A DNA stretch of 64,000 nucleotides, from the NCBI RefSeq assembly GCF_006345805.1, contig NC_043024.1, forward strand, positions 6,944,001 through 7,008,000, in the 5' to 3' direction. Under the pieces are notes generated by a model. That model was not told the origin of the DNA and did no database searches. It saw only the letters and a list, made by a program, of their open reading frames with translations. Shown one piece after another: positions 25,608 to 38,536 of this stretch; positions within the stretch are counted from its first letter, which is position 1, and the number at the start of each line of letters is the position of its first letter. The position numbers and the translations under genes are program-made. The DNA is from Octopus sinensis (Eukaryota).

Positions 25608-25733
25608 TGTAGAGATGTGTATGTATGTGTGTATATATATAAATGTTGGTAGAGATGTGTATGTATGTGTGTATATGTGTTGGTAGAGATGTGTATGTAT
25701 GTGTGTATATGTGTTGGTAGAGATATGTATGTA

Positions 25734-25786
<53 letters not shown>

Positions 25787-26070
25787 GTTTGTAGAGATGT
25801 GTGTGTATATATATATATAAATGTTGGTAGAGATGTGTATGTATGTGTGTGTATATATATATAAATGTTGGTAGATGTGTATGTATGTGTATATATGTTT
25901 GTAGAGATGTGTATGTATGTGTATATATGTTTGTAGAGATGTGTATGTATGTGTATATATGTGTTGGTAGAGATATGTATGTGTGTGTGTATATATATAT
26001 ATACATGTTTGTAGAGATGTATATGTATGTGCGTTTGTGTGTATATATATATAGATAGATAGGTGTGCAT
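25608..26070. repeat. Compound minisatellite: gtagagat anchors separated by GT/AT runs
   Basis: about 11 repeats of (t)gtagagat + gtatgt/ata runs of variable length. Confidence 0.9.
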
Positions 26071-26287
26071 GTGTATAAAAAAGGAGTGTATCTTGGCTGA
26101 GTATCTGTACTTGAATTTTAAAATGTTTGACTGGGTTGGGTGGGGGTTGTGTTCATTTTTTTGTAATGAGGGAAGGAGTTTACCTGTGGATTATATAGAA
26201 AGGTGAGGTGGTAAATGTTTAATTAGTTAATTACTTGCCGCAAACTGTATTTAAAGGGATTAAACAAAACACTGCTCTATATCCTTT

Positions 26288-26344
<57 letters not shown>

Positions 26345-27446
26345 TATACACACACATGCATGTAGGTGTCTGTGTGTGCGTGTGTTAGTGTCTGATGAAG
26401 TTTGCTTCCAAAATACATTGTTCCAGGTTCAGTCCCACTGTGGGGTACCTTGAGCAAGTGTCTTTTATAGTTCCAAGGTGACTAAAGCCTTGTGAGTGGA
26501 TTTGGTAGACGGAAACTGAAAGAAGCCCCTCATCTGTGTGTGTGTGTGTGTATGCTGTTTGGTGAGGTATGTTTCTTAAAGTGAAGCCTACATTGTAGTA
26601 GCAGCAAAATCCACTCCTCTTTCACACACACATACACACACGAATACCTGATGCAGCCCTCACCTGACTTGGTATGTCATGGTTCTGTCCATTTTATTCA
26701 AAAAAGCCTGATGAACTTAGCAGATGAATAAATACTTTTGTGAATAATAAGTTCAGCCTTCTTGCTCGCCTACACCCACCCCCTACACACTCTTTCTCCC
26801 TCCCTCCCTCCTTCTCTCTCTCTCTCTCGTTTTTCACGTCACCAAAGCTACCTAAATATAGATTTACCTGTGATGCTTTATAGCAATCTAGTCACACCTG
26901 TATTACTCTACGCATTTTTGTTATTTCTTTCTCTATTGTAAATTAATGGCTGTGACCTGATATACTTGTTAATTTTTCATAGGACTACAAAGTGATTCAA
27001 TCATTATTATTATTATTATGTGTGCTAGTAGAATCGTTAGTGTGTTATATGAAATGCTTAATTGCATGTCGTCTGTCATTATGCTCAGTTCAAATTCAGC
27101 CCCAGATTGACTCAGCCTTTCATCCTTTAGGGATCAATAAAATAAGGACCAGTCAAGCACTGGGGTCGATGTAATCAACTCTCCCCTTACCTCAAAAATT
27201 CAGTCTTTGTACATGTTGTAGAAAGGGCCATTATTATTATTACCTCCGGCAAGCTGGCAGAATCATTAGCACACTGGGCAAAATGCTTTGTGGTATTTCG
27301 TCTGCCGTTACGTGCTGAGTTCAAATTCCGCCAAGGTCGACTTTGCCTTTCATCCTTTCGGGGATGTAAACAACTTAATCCATTTGTCTGTCCTTGTTTG
27401 TCCCCTCTATGTTTAGCCCCTCCCCTTCCTGTGGGCAATAAAAAAA

Positions 27447-27806
27447 TTATTAACTCTGCCTTAGTGAAGGCGGAGGTATTGTTTTCAGTTACGTTTGTCC
27501 AAGGACAAGATATCTTAAGAACCACTGCATGGATTCAGTTGAAACTTTCAGGGATGTTTGGCCTTGTGACTGGTTCGAACTGATGAGATTTCGGGATCGA
27601 TTGGTTACCAGACAAGGTTTCTGGATTATTTATCCTGTTTTTTTTACGTAAATTTTGAGAGCAGTCAGGTTCATTTTTAGTATTCTTGTTTGTGAGAGAA
27701 GTCTAGTTTTTCAGATGTTCTCATTTTCAAAATCATCTCTGGCTGGTCATTGAGAGGACATTGGTGTTGCCTTGGCAGAGGTTTGCACTCTCAGAGTGCT
27801 CTTGTT
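27447..27806 (+). mobile_element. Non-autonomous Helentron/DINE-like (HINE) element
   Basis: 5' ttattaactctgcc..ggcggaggtattgttttc; 3' ggcagaggttt, hairpin gcactc-tca-gagtgc, then tcttgtt; subterminal inverted repeat ctctgcc/ggcagag. Confidence 0.65.
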
Positions 27807-27929
27807 ATTGCCTTTCATCTTTTTGGGGTCCTTATAATAAGTACCAGCTGAGTACAGAAATCGATGTAATCGACTAACTCCCTGCCCCAAATTTCAGGCC
27901 TTGTGCCTTTTAGTTGAAAGGATTATTAT

Positions 27930-28390
27930 TATTATTATTATTATTGTGTGTGGTGAGCTGGCTGAATTGTTAGCATGCCAGGCAGAATGCCAAACAGCAT
28001 TTTGTCAATCCTTATGTTCTGAGTTCAAATTCTGCAGAGGTCGACTTTATCTTTCATCCTTTTACAGTTGATGAAAAAAGTACCAGTTACATGCCTAAAT
28101 CAATGAAGTTGATAGACCCCCACCTCCCCCAAAATTTCATTCCTTATGCTTGTAGTAGAAGGGATTATTATTATAATTATTAAGGTAGCGAGCTGGCAGA
28201 ATCGTCAGCAGGCTGAGAAAAATGTTTAGCTGTAGGTTGTCCGTCTTTATGGGAGTTGAAATTTCTCTGTGGTTGACTTTGCCTTTCATCCTTTCAGGAT
28301 TGATAAAGTAAGGGCCAGTTGAGTACTGGGGTCAATAACCTAACCCTAAACCCTCCGTCAGAATTGCTGGTCTTATTCCAAAATTTGCAA
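27930..28390 (+). mobile_element. Tandem Nin/Sauria-like SINE copies (cluster spans about 27.0-28.4 kb)
   Basis: repeated gagctggcagaatcgttagc...gagttcaaattc...gactttgcctttcatcc-like blocks after (ATT)n runs. Confidence 0.75.
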
Positions 28391-28741
28391 CACCTACACT
28401 ACCTTCTTTTTGTGATATTAGCTCTGCTGTTTCTGCGCAGTTTATCAATCATCGCCATAATCGTTAGTTTCTTGTGAATTATTGACAAGCTGTGAAGTGT
28501 TGACAGATCAAAGGAAAACCTTTTAATAACTTTTTTTTCTGTCTTTTCTTTAATTCAGACTCTAGACTTTTGTTTGAAGATTATAAAACTGCAAAACAAA
28601 AGAAACAAATTGGGTGGGAGGTGCATTTAGCATTTTTTTCTTTTCTTCTGAAAACTCAGATTATATCAGCATTGAAACAAAGTTGAAAGCTTCATTGACA
28701 TATTTCTCTGTATGTGTGTGTGTGTATAAATAAATAAATAA

Positions 28742-28775
<34 letters not shown>

Positions 28776-29275
28776 ACACACACACATAGACACACATTCA
28801 CATATATGTCTACACGCACACACATACATTCACACACATATACATACACTCGCATTCACACACACACATATTCATACACACACGCACACACATATCTCTT
28901 TTACTCATTTCACTCATTAGACTGCAGCCATGCAGGAGTTTGCCTTGAATTTTAGTCAAACAATTTGACCCCAATACTTCTTTTTTTCTTACGCCTGCTT
29001 GCTATTCTATCGGGGTCTTTTGCCAAACTGCTAAGTTACTGAGACATAAAGAAGCCAATACCAATTCTTCAGTGGTGATGAGTGATATGCACACACACGC
29101 ACGCACGCGCGTGGTGGGCTTCATTCACTTTCCCTTTGCCAAATCCTTTAAGGCTTTGGTTGGCCCAAGTTTATAGAAGACTCCTACCCAAGGTGCCATG
29201 CAGTGGGACTGAACCTAGAATCTTATGGTTAGGAAGCAAACTTCTTACTACACAGCTACACACACTCACACACAT

Positions 29276-29850
29276 ATGGGTCCTCCCATAAATAATGCTG
29301 TTTTTTATACTTTGATTTTCTTCAAAATTAAGGTAAACAGTTCTTTTTTAATCTAAAATAGACTCTCCTTCATTTTCTACAATGCTCTTCCATATATCTC
29401 GTAGACTAGCAAGGCTCCTCTTCCAAAATTTAATTGTCCATGCCAAAAGAATACTCCCCCAGTAATGTTCTGACCTCGTCTACAGAATTCATATTTTTTC
29501 CATCCAAATGATTTTGAAGACTACAGAATAACTGATAATCAGATGGGGCAATGCCTGGTAAATATGTGGGTGGGGCTTCATTTTCCATTCAAACTGCTCC
29601 AACTTTTAGAGTGTCACCCTTGCTGTGCGTGGCCGAACATTATCCTGATGGAAGAACACCAGTCATTTTGACACCAAAGATGGTCGTTTTTCTTCTATCG
29701 CTGACTTAAGCCTCTCAAGCTGCTTGCAGTAGATCTCCTTTGTTATCATTTGGTTTGGCTTTAAAAGTTCAAAGTGGACCAAACCGTTCATATACCACCA
29801 AACAGATAACACCACCTTACGTGGGTGAAGACCTTCTTTAGCCTGGAATA
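29276..29850 (-). pseudogene. mariner (DD34D-type) transposase remnant
   Basis: GLHPRKVVLSVWW..GLVHFELL..YCKQLERL..FHQDNVRP..PHP..IAPSDYQLF..LQNHLDGK..VENEGESILD*, with stops and frameshifts; TIR-like sequence near 29276. Confidence 0.92.
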
Positions 29851-30097
29851 CTGGGATTTCTCCTTTCCCTACACACACTTTTCAGCACTTGACATTTTTA
29901 TACACACCTGCACATTTTCATGTTTCTCTTCGCTTGATAGTTGTTGTTGCTTTGTTTGCATCTCTATAATTGAGTGGAGCAGTAAAATGAGGTCACACTG
30001 ATCGATTAAACACAGTGTTGCTCCAGCTTGGTCACTTTCCAATAGCCGAAACAAAAGTTTAAAAGGTGTGTCAAGGTATATGTACTTGCGTATATAG

Positions 30098-30473
30098 GTG
30101 CAGGCATAGCTGTGTGGTAAGAAGCTTGCTTCCCAACCACATGGTTCCAAGTTCAGTCCCACTGTGTGGCACCTTGTGCAAGTGTCTAATATAGTCTTGG
30201 CTCAACCGAAGCCCTGTGAGTGGATTTGGTAAACGGAAACTAAAAGAAACCCATCATGTATATGTGTGTGTCTGTGTTTGTCTCCCACCCCACCATCACT
30301 TGGCAACCAGTGTTGGTGTGTTTATGTCCTTATAACTTAGCAGTTCAGCAAAAGAGACCAATAAAGTACTAGGCTTACAAAGAATAAATCCTGGGGTTGG
30401 TTTCTTTGACTAAAATCCCTTAAAGGTAGTGCTCCAGCATGGTTGCAGTCAAATAACTGAAACTAGTAAAAGA
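30098..30473 (+). mobile_element. Full-length tRNA-derived SINE (same family as 22656)
   Basis: colinear with 22656-23047. Confidence 0.85.
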
Positions 30474-30640
30474 ATGTGTAGCTGTAGAGATGTGTATATT
30501 GTTTCATTGCTTTACTGGGCTCGGTTGTTGGCTTGTGGCCATACTGGAGCATTGTTTGAGAGTTTTAATTTATTATATTAACTGTTGTTCTGCCATTCCA
30601 CGATAATGATAATTAATTTGTTTTCCTTTTTAACTTGCAG

Positions 30641-30724
30641 AGTATTCGATCAACACAAATTGACTCCAGCTCAGTGGGAAGAGAGAATTGTGACCTGGTA
30701 CCAAGAACACAAGAGAATGCTAAG
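30641..30724 (+). CDS. ERM: ERM exon: [28 protein letters not shown]
   Basis: ttgcag acceptor, 84 nt, phase 2/2, ag|gtaagc donor; QHKL..QWEERI motif. Confidence 0.96.
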
Positions 30725-31413
30725 GTAAGCTGAAGAAATGTCTGCGGAAGTAACAGGAGCAGATGGTGTTGTGTATTGGGTTTGTGAGCCATCGATGAGG
30801 TTTCTCTCTTACTGGCTGCCGTTTGGTTGTTTGGCCACTGTGGGTGTATATGTCTTCGTTTGTGAAGACATACACACTTCATGGTCCCAGTCAGGCATGG
30901 CTCTGTGGTTGAGAAGCTTGCTTCCCAACCACGTGACCTTCTTTTCAGTCCCACCGTACAACGTCTTGGCTGATAAAAAGCTGTGCAAGTGGATTTAATG
31001 AACAGAAACTGAAAGAAGCCCGTTGTGTGTTTGTGTGCATGTACCTTCAAACATTACCTGATGGTTGTAAGTGATCGACGTCATAAAAGAAGTGATAATT
31101 GTTTTCACTCTTTGGTGAAAAAACGTTTCTGACCTTGGGTAAATATCTTGTTAGGAAACAGGTGAGGGTTAGTGACAGGGAGGACATATGGCTGTAGAAA
31201 ATCTACCCTGGCAAATTGTCTAATCCAATGCAAGCATTGAAAAGTGTGACTTAAATGATGGTCAGTGAGGGTATGCATAGAGTTACGGGTGTATGTACAC
31301 TTTTTCTGAGAAGGTGTGTTATGGTTTGAGAGATTTTGTGAAGTTGTGCATGCGATAAAAAGTATATGTTGGTGTCTATTCTGTTATCCGATTCCTTCCT
31401 TCCTTCCTTGCAG

Positions 31414-31560
31414 AGAGGATGCCATGATGGAATACCTGAAAATTGTCCAAGATCTTGAAATGTATGGTGTGAACTACTTTGAAATCAAGAACAAACGTGG
31501 CACAGAATTGTGGTTGGGTGTTGATGCTCTTGGACTTAATGTCTACGAGAAGGAAGATAG
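31414..31560 (+). CDS. ERM: ERM exon: [49 protein letters not shown]
   Basis: ccttgcag acceptor, 147 nt, ag|gtgagt donor; [11 protein letters not shown] and [10 protein letters not shown] signatures. Confidence 0.97.
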
Positions 31561-32584
31561 GTGAGTTGATGACCTCTTTGTTTTTTCCTCCTTAACTCTT
31601 CAGTTGTGAAATTAAACATAGTTATTTCAGTTACAATGTTAAAAATCTTAACAAAAAATGGAAATTATATTTTCTGCAAGTCCCATTCTCTCAACAGACT
31701 TAGTTTCAAACATGACATTCTTCAATGAAATAAAGATTGATTGTAAAACTGCTTTCTGCAATTAAGGACAAAGAAATTTTGAGTGGATATGTCTAATTTC
31801 CGCCCTAGAATCTGTTCTGTTCTGCAGCTTTGAATACTGGTCTCTTTCAGTGGCCTTGCTCATCAGGCAGACAAAGACAGCTAAATTCCACAGGCCAGCT
31901 ACTGATCTTTAAAACTTTATTTTAACACAGTACTGATAAGGAATAGTATCTCGCAACAAATATTACAATTAATTAGACTTATTAATATATATCTGCTGGA
32001 CGTTGCCAGCCTCCTCTGGCCCCTGTGCCGGTGGCACGTAAAAAGCACCCACTGCACTCACAGTGGTTGGCGTTAGGAAGGGCATCCAGCTGTAGAAACA
32101 ATGCCAGATCAGACTGGAGCCTGGTGCAGCAACCTGGCTTCCAGACCCCGGTTGAACTGTCCAACCCATGCCAGCATGGAAAACGGATGTTAAACGGTGA
32201 TGATGATGATGATTTAATCTATTGGCATTTAAACCAGTTATATCTGGTTTAAGTGTTCTGTTTTATGTTCAAACTGGTTGGGTCCAGCCTCTCACAACTA
32301 GTCTACAGAGTTGTATTTAAAAAAACAGAAAGTCACAGCATCAAAATCTCAAAGCAGAGATAATGCATTATTAATTTGAACCAACGTGAATAAATAAGCA
32401 TCGTATTTGATGGAGGAATCTGAATGCTAAAGGATTAAATATACACAGACTGCTGTTATAATTTCTACACAAACATGAATATATTGGATTGTTTTGGCCT
32501 TGTTTTTTAAATATAAAGCAACTTAAACATTTAGCATTGCTTTCATTTCCTTTTATTAAACTTATGAAATATGTATTTCACTGA

Positions 32585-32767
<183 letters not shown>

Positions 32768-34031
32768 TAGTAATCCTATTGCATTATTAACTGGGATGTG
32801 AAGTGGAAATTCCCACTCCAGAGCCACACTTGGATCCAGACGCAATATTCATGGAGAAAATCCTGCAATAATACCTTTATCGAAATCTCCGTGTCTTGTT
32901 AGAAATTGGAGATTATTGATGCAAGCCTGGCTTAGCGGTTAATAATCTCATTTTGCAACCACATGGGTTTGAGTTCAGTCCCACTGTGAAGCATCTTGGA
33001 CAAGTGTCTTCTATCATTGTCCTAAGCTGACCAATGCCTTGTGGGTGAATTTGGTTGACAGAAAAGTGTGTATAATTATCATATGGATCTTGGTGTTTGT
33101 CTCCCTACCACCTCTGCTTGACAACCAGTTTGTTTATTTACATCCCTGTAACTTAGTGGTTCAACAAAAGACAATAGAAATAAGTAGCAGACTTTAAAAG
33201 TTAATTTAAAAAAAAGCCCTATAAGTCTTGGGTTTGCTTTGCCCGACTAAAACTCTTCCAGGCTGTACCCCAGCATGGCCACAATTGAAAGAGTGAACCA
33301 GTAAAATATGTGATGTCTTCTGCATTTTGTTTGTCAAGATGGTTACCCAACATATCTGTAGCTAACTAGATGAAACCAGTTGACTGTAAACAGGATTTAA
33401 CTGAAGAAACAAGTGGTGCATAGGTACCTGGGAGAGACCATCAAACGAGGGTCCCTAACCACCAGGACTGTGGACCATTTGGTATCGGGTCACACAAAAA
33501 GAATGAATTTTTAAATTGCATTTTTATTTCATTGATTGTTGCTGCCTGGAGAGTGCTTTTGCATTATATATGCATTACATATGCAATATGTTATTACACA
33601 TGTACATATGTATTATATAGGTATTAATTAAATGATGCCTTTTGTTGTGCATGTAGGCTCATGGGTACTGGTGCCATGTAAAAGTGCCCATGCTGGTGCT
33701 GCAAAAAAGCACCCAGTGCACTCTGTAAGGTGGTTAGCGTTAGGAAGGGCATCCAGCTCGGAGATGGAACCTGGGCAGCCCTTCAGCTGACTAGCTCCTG
33801 TTGAACTGTCCAACCCATGGAAAACAGATGTTAAATGATGATAATGATGATGGCCTCTGGGTTTGTGAGAAACTTCCTTGCGTGAAACCAGTCCTTAGTG
33901 CAAAAAAGCTTAGGGTCTGCTGCCAAAGGATATCCAGTGTTACTTACAGTTTCAAATGACGAATTTAGTTTCCAAAGAATTTGATTCAGCCTGAATTTTA
34001 TCTCTACTTTATCTCTTTCCTTCTTTTGTAG

Positions 34032-34195
34032 GATTTTGTCTTCTATGCACCCCGGTTACGGATCAACAAACGTATTCTTAGTCTGTGTATGGGAAATCAT
34101 GAGCTGTACATGCGTCGTCGGAAACCAGACACCATTGAGGTGCAACAAATGAAAGCTCAGGCAAAAGAAGAGAAAATGGCCAAACAGCAAGACCG
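34032..34195 (+). CDS. ERM: ERM exon: [55 protein letters not shown]
   Basis: ttttgtag acceptor, 164 nt, cg|gtgagg donor; [21 protein letters not shown] signature. Confidence 0.97.
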
Positions 34196-36177
34196 GTGAG
34201 GCTTAGTTTTCAATTATTGTTTATTTCAGAGGCAGTCTTTGAAGGATTTTTGTCTTCTATGCACTCTGGTTGTTTTGCCCCCAGTTGGAACTGATTAAGC
34301 AGATAGACCGAGTACAAAAGATGTTCCAGCCATGACCATCATGTCTCCCACTTCAGAGTGTCTTCTAAACTATTATTTGTTTTTTTTCCTACCCTTTTGT
34401 TTCTATATTTTTAATGAAATTCACTGCCTTCGTTTCAATTAATTTTCAAAATAACAAAGTTTAATAAAATAATTTTATCATTCTTAACCCTTGACCATTT
34501 AAACTGGCCGTATTTGGCCAAAATGTACCATTTGTTTTATGTTCAAACTAGCCAGATCCGGTCTCTTACACCTACCCTACAATGTCATGCTAAAAGTAAA
34601 GTCCTGTAATCAAAATCTCAAAGCTATGAGATAATGCAAAATTAATATGCAAAACGGTATGAATAAATTAGCATTACAATGGATACAGTAATCTGAATGC
34701 TAAAGGGTTGTTAAGTTGGTGTTTATAACATGAATTAACATAAATTAACATAAATTTTTGAAAGATTTTAATTTAGATCACTTTAAAACAAGAAGCTTGT
34801 GCCAGAGGCAGTCTAAGTTGGGTTGTATCAAAATGGTGAAAGACGGTTGTGCTAAAATTTGTAGGCAAATCTCCTTCAAATCATACCCATCAAGTTATCA
34901 CAAGTGATAAGGGTGTTGAAAATGACAAATTCTCATATTTGATAAGGTGACTTTAGACATTTTTAAAAACTTGTCTACCGTCATAGTCTTGTCATTGATA
35001 AAGAAGTGAGGTGTGTCCCCAAAAACGGGTTTAACTCATTACCACTTTGAACCAGCCCAAATATTTTACATTTTATGCTCAAACCAGCTTGATCTGGTCT
35101 CTTGCACCTACCCCACCATGTTATTCTAAAAAGAAACATTGGAATTTCACAGACTACATAAAAAAAAATGTGAATCAATACCCATTACATTTGACAATAA
35201 TGGACCTTCCTTCCAAAAACCCTTTACTCCAGGTAGGCCTGTATCTGCAAGAAGAACTTTCCAGAGACCGATTTTATATCCTGGGAAATACAGAGGCTCC
35301 AGAATACCAGACTGTATTCAGACTGTTTATTCAACAAGAAATAAGTAATCTGGTGATGATTAGAAGTAATAGCAACTGAAGCTGTAATCCTAGTTATACA
35401 TCCGTTTTCCATGCTGGCATGGTTGGATGGTTTGACAGGGTCTCACAAGCTACAGGACTACTCTGAGCTCCAGTGTCTGCTCTGGCATGTTTTCTGTGGC
35501 TGGATATTCTTTCTACTGCCAACCATTTTACATGGTGTCCCCCTGCCACCAGCTCTAGTGAGGTTACAAAGTAGCTTAAAAGAGAATAGAAAAAGATCTC
35601 AGTGCGTCTGATATGAGAATATTTATGCCTGGGGAATTGCTCTCCAAGACGGTCGGGTATAATGTATTTTATTGAAGACCAGCCATTTGTATTACCACAT
35701 GTTAATATTTAAGATAGGCCAAAAAAAAAAAGTCAGTCAGGTGTGGGCATGTGATAAGAAGCTTGCTTCCCAACCACATGGTTCCGGGTTCAGTCTCATT
35801 GCGTGGCACCTTGGGCAAGTGTCTTGTGAGTGGATTTTGGTTGATGGAAACTGAAAGAAGCCAGTTTTATATTTGTGTGTTTGTGTTTGTCCCCACCACC
35901 ATTGCTTCACAACTAATGTTGGTTTGTTTACTTCTCCCTAACTTAATGGTTTGGCAAAAGAGATTGATAGAATAAGTACTAGGCTTAAGAAATAAGCCTT
36001 GGGATCAATTTGTTCGACTAAAACCCTTCAAGGTGGTGCTCCAGCATGGCTGCAGTCAAAGGATGGAAACAAGTAAAAGGATAAAGGAATTTAAAAAATG
36101 AAGAATTACTTTATTTCCTGCTTTTCATCTCAAACCTTTTGACTTAATGAATTTGGTAAAATGTTTTGCTCTTTCAG

Positions 36178-36287
36178 TGAGAAGATTGAAAAAGAACGCA
36201 GGAAACGTGAAGAGGCTGAGAAGATGCTAAAATCATACGAAGCCAAATTGGAAGAATTGTTACGGGAAGCTGAAACTCGTCAGAAAG
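36178..36287 (+). CDS. ERM: ERM exon, helical region: EKIEKERRKREEAEKMLKSYEAKLEELLREAETRQK
   Basis: ctttcag acceptor, 110 nt, phase 2/1 fits both neighbours, ag|gtaatt donor; E/K/R-rich coiled coil. Confidence 0.9.
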
Positions 36288-37707
36288 GTAATTATTATTT
36301 GATTAGCTTTGCTCTTTCATTTTAATGCCAGTTTCTGTCTTTGATTAATATGACTTTTTGGTATTGAAAACATTCATCATTATTATTTTAGCATCGGCTT
36401 TTGTATGCTTGCTTGGGTGAGATAGGTTATATTGGGGTAGATTTTAAAATTATCAGTTGGAGGACCTTTCTTCCGAAAACACCTTTGCCAGGTAGGCCTG
36501 TATCTACAAGACGAACTTTCCAGAGATGGACCTACAGTCAGAGACATGCGAAGCCTGAAGAATATTGGTCTGGCCAGAAGCCCTTCCTGTTACTAATCCC
36601 CACCTGTTTCCATGTAAGGTAATGTTTCCACGACCATACATGTCTCTGGAAGCCTGGAAATGAACAACATTGCTTGCATAATGACGCATGTTAACAGCCA
36701 TAATGTCAAGACAAGGGTATGCACAGAGGCTTCTTTCAGTTTTCCTGTGCCAAATCCAGGCACAAAGCTTTAGCTGGCCTGGGGCTAAAGTAGAATATAC
36801 TTGCCCAAGATTCCATGCAGTGGGACTGAACCCAGACCACATGGTTGAAGGGCAAGACTTTTACCACTCAGCCACACCTGCACATGAAAGGGGTCGAAAT
36901 AGTATCCCATAGACTGGCCCCATGACATAGGGTACAAAACATACCTCCTTCTGACACATTGGAAGCTGGTTGCGTATGCTGCTCCTCATTGAAATTAGGA
37001 AGTAGCGTACTTAACTGGACCCAGGGAGGGAAAGGTGTGCTACCTCTCATGTAAAGTGGTGGTGGGGTAGGGGCATTAACTTAGCGGTGTGGTGTTGGAT
37101 TGTTAAAAAATATTGGTTTCAAATTTTGACACAAGGCCAGTAATTTCAAGGGAGGGAGTAAGTCGATTACATCACCCCCTGTACTCCGCTGGTACTTATT
37201 TTATCAACCTCGGAAAGGATGAAAGGCAAAGTCAACCATGGTGGAATTTGAACTTAGAATCTAAAGATGGGCGAAATGCCACAAAGCATTGCACTTGGAG
37301 CACGAAAGGTTCTGCCAGCTGACCACCTTTAATTATTAAATAATATTAAAAGTGTGAGGGTACGTGGCTTAGTGGTTAGGGTATTCAGCTAATGATCGTA
37401 AAGTCATGAGTTCAATTCCCAGTGTCACGTCCTTGAGCAAGACACTTTGTTGCTCCAGGCCACTCAGCTGGCAAAAAAGTAGTCCCCGAATTTCAACGGG
37501 CCAACCATAACACATTCTGTGTTCTCACATCATGTCACTACGTCCTAAGTTCAAATATTGCCAAAGTTGACTTTGATTTTCACCCTTTCAGGGTTAATAA
37601 GGTACCAGTTGCATACTGGGGTCGATCTAATCGATTGGCCCCCTCCCCCCAAATTGTGGGCCTTGTGCCTAGAGTAGAAAAGATTGTGTTCTCCTAGAGA
37701 ACTCTGT

Positions 37708-38226
37708 TAACTCTTTAGCACTCACATTATTGTCAAGTCATACTTATTTATTCACATGCTGGTGGCATGTAAAAAGCACCATTTGAGTGTGACCGATGTT
37801 GGTGCCAACCGACTGGCTCCTGTGCTCTGGCTTGTAAAAAGCACCATTCAAGTGCGGTTGAAGCCCGTGCTGGTTGCACGTACAAATCATCCACTACACT
37901 CTCCAAATGGTTGGCATTATGAATAGCATCCAGCTGTAGAAACCTTGCCAAATCAGATTGGAGCCTGGTCCAGCCTCCTGGCTCACTAGCTCTGTCAAAC
38001 TGTCCAACCCATGCCAGCATAGAAAGCGGATGCTAAACAATGATAATGATGATGATTGTTTTGAATTATTCATGCATTATCTTGCAGCTTTGGGAGTTTG
38101 GTGAGGTAGCAGTTAAATTTTAGAATGATATTGTAGGGTTAGTGTGAGAGGCCGGATCTGGCCAGTTTGAAGATAAAATGGAATACTTTGGCCGGCTATG
38201 GCCAGTTTAAATGCTAAAGGGGTTAA
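37708..38226. mobile_element. TTAA-flanked MITE (family 2) interrupted by a SINE at about 37757-38055
   Basis: TTAActctttagca ... tgctaaaggggTTAA; the MITE body resumes after the (GAT)n tail; related copies at 8.5, 32.2, 34.5 and 53.6-54.1 kb. Confidence 0.75.
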
Positions 38227-38375
38227 GGGTATGTGTGCTTGTGGAGTGCTCAGCCACTTGCTTGTTAATTTCATGTGCCGGCTGTTCTGTTAATCGCATC
38301 AACAGGAACCATTGTCATCATAAACACCAGAGTACCAGTTGATATTGTGTAATTTCTACTTGTTTCATTTGTCAG

Positions 38376-38536
38376 ACTTGGATGTGTCTGAGATGAAGAA
38401 GATGGAATTGGAAGACAATTTGAATCGGTATAACAAGGAACGAGAAGACTTACTGACTGAGAAAGCGAGAGCTGAAGAGATGAAGCAGGAAGCTTTGAAG
38501 AATGTAGACCTTGAAAAAGAAGTAAGAAACCAGAAA
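38376..38536 (+). CDS. ERM: ERM exon, helical region: DLDVSEMKKMELEDNLNRYNKEREDLLTEKARAEEMKQEALKNVDLEKEVRNQK
   Basis: ttgtcag acceptor, 161 nt, phase 1/0, aa|gtaagt donor; an alternative donor lies at 38522. Confidence 0.9.

Noticed and set aside
25536-26070. Long H/T/Y/I-rich ORFs, or a CRISPR-like repeat-spacer array
   Set aside because: The spacers are simple GT/AT microsatellites in eukaryotic DNA, and the ORFs are low-complexity artefacts.
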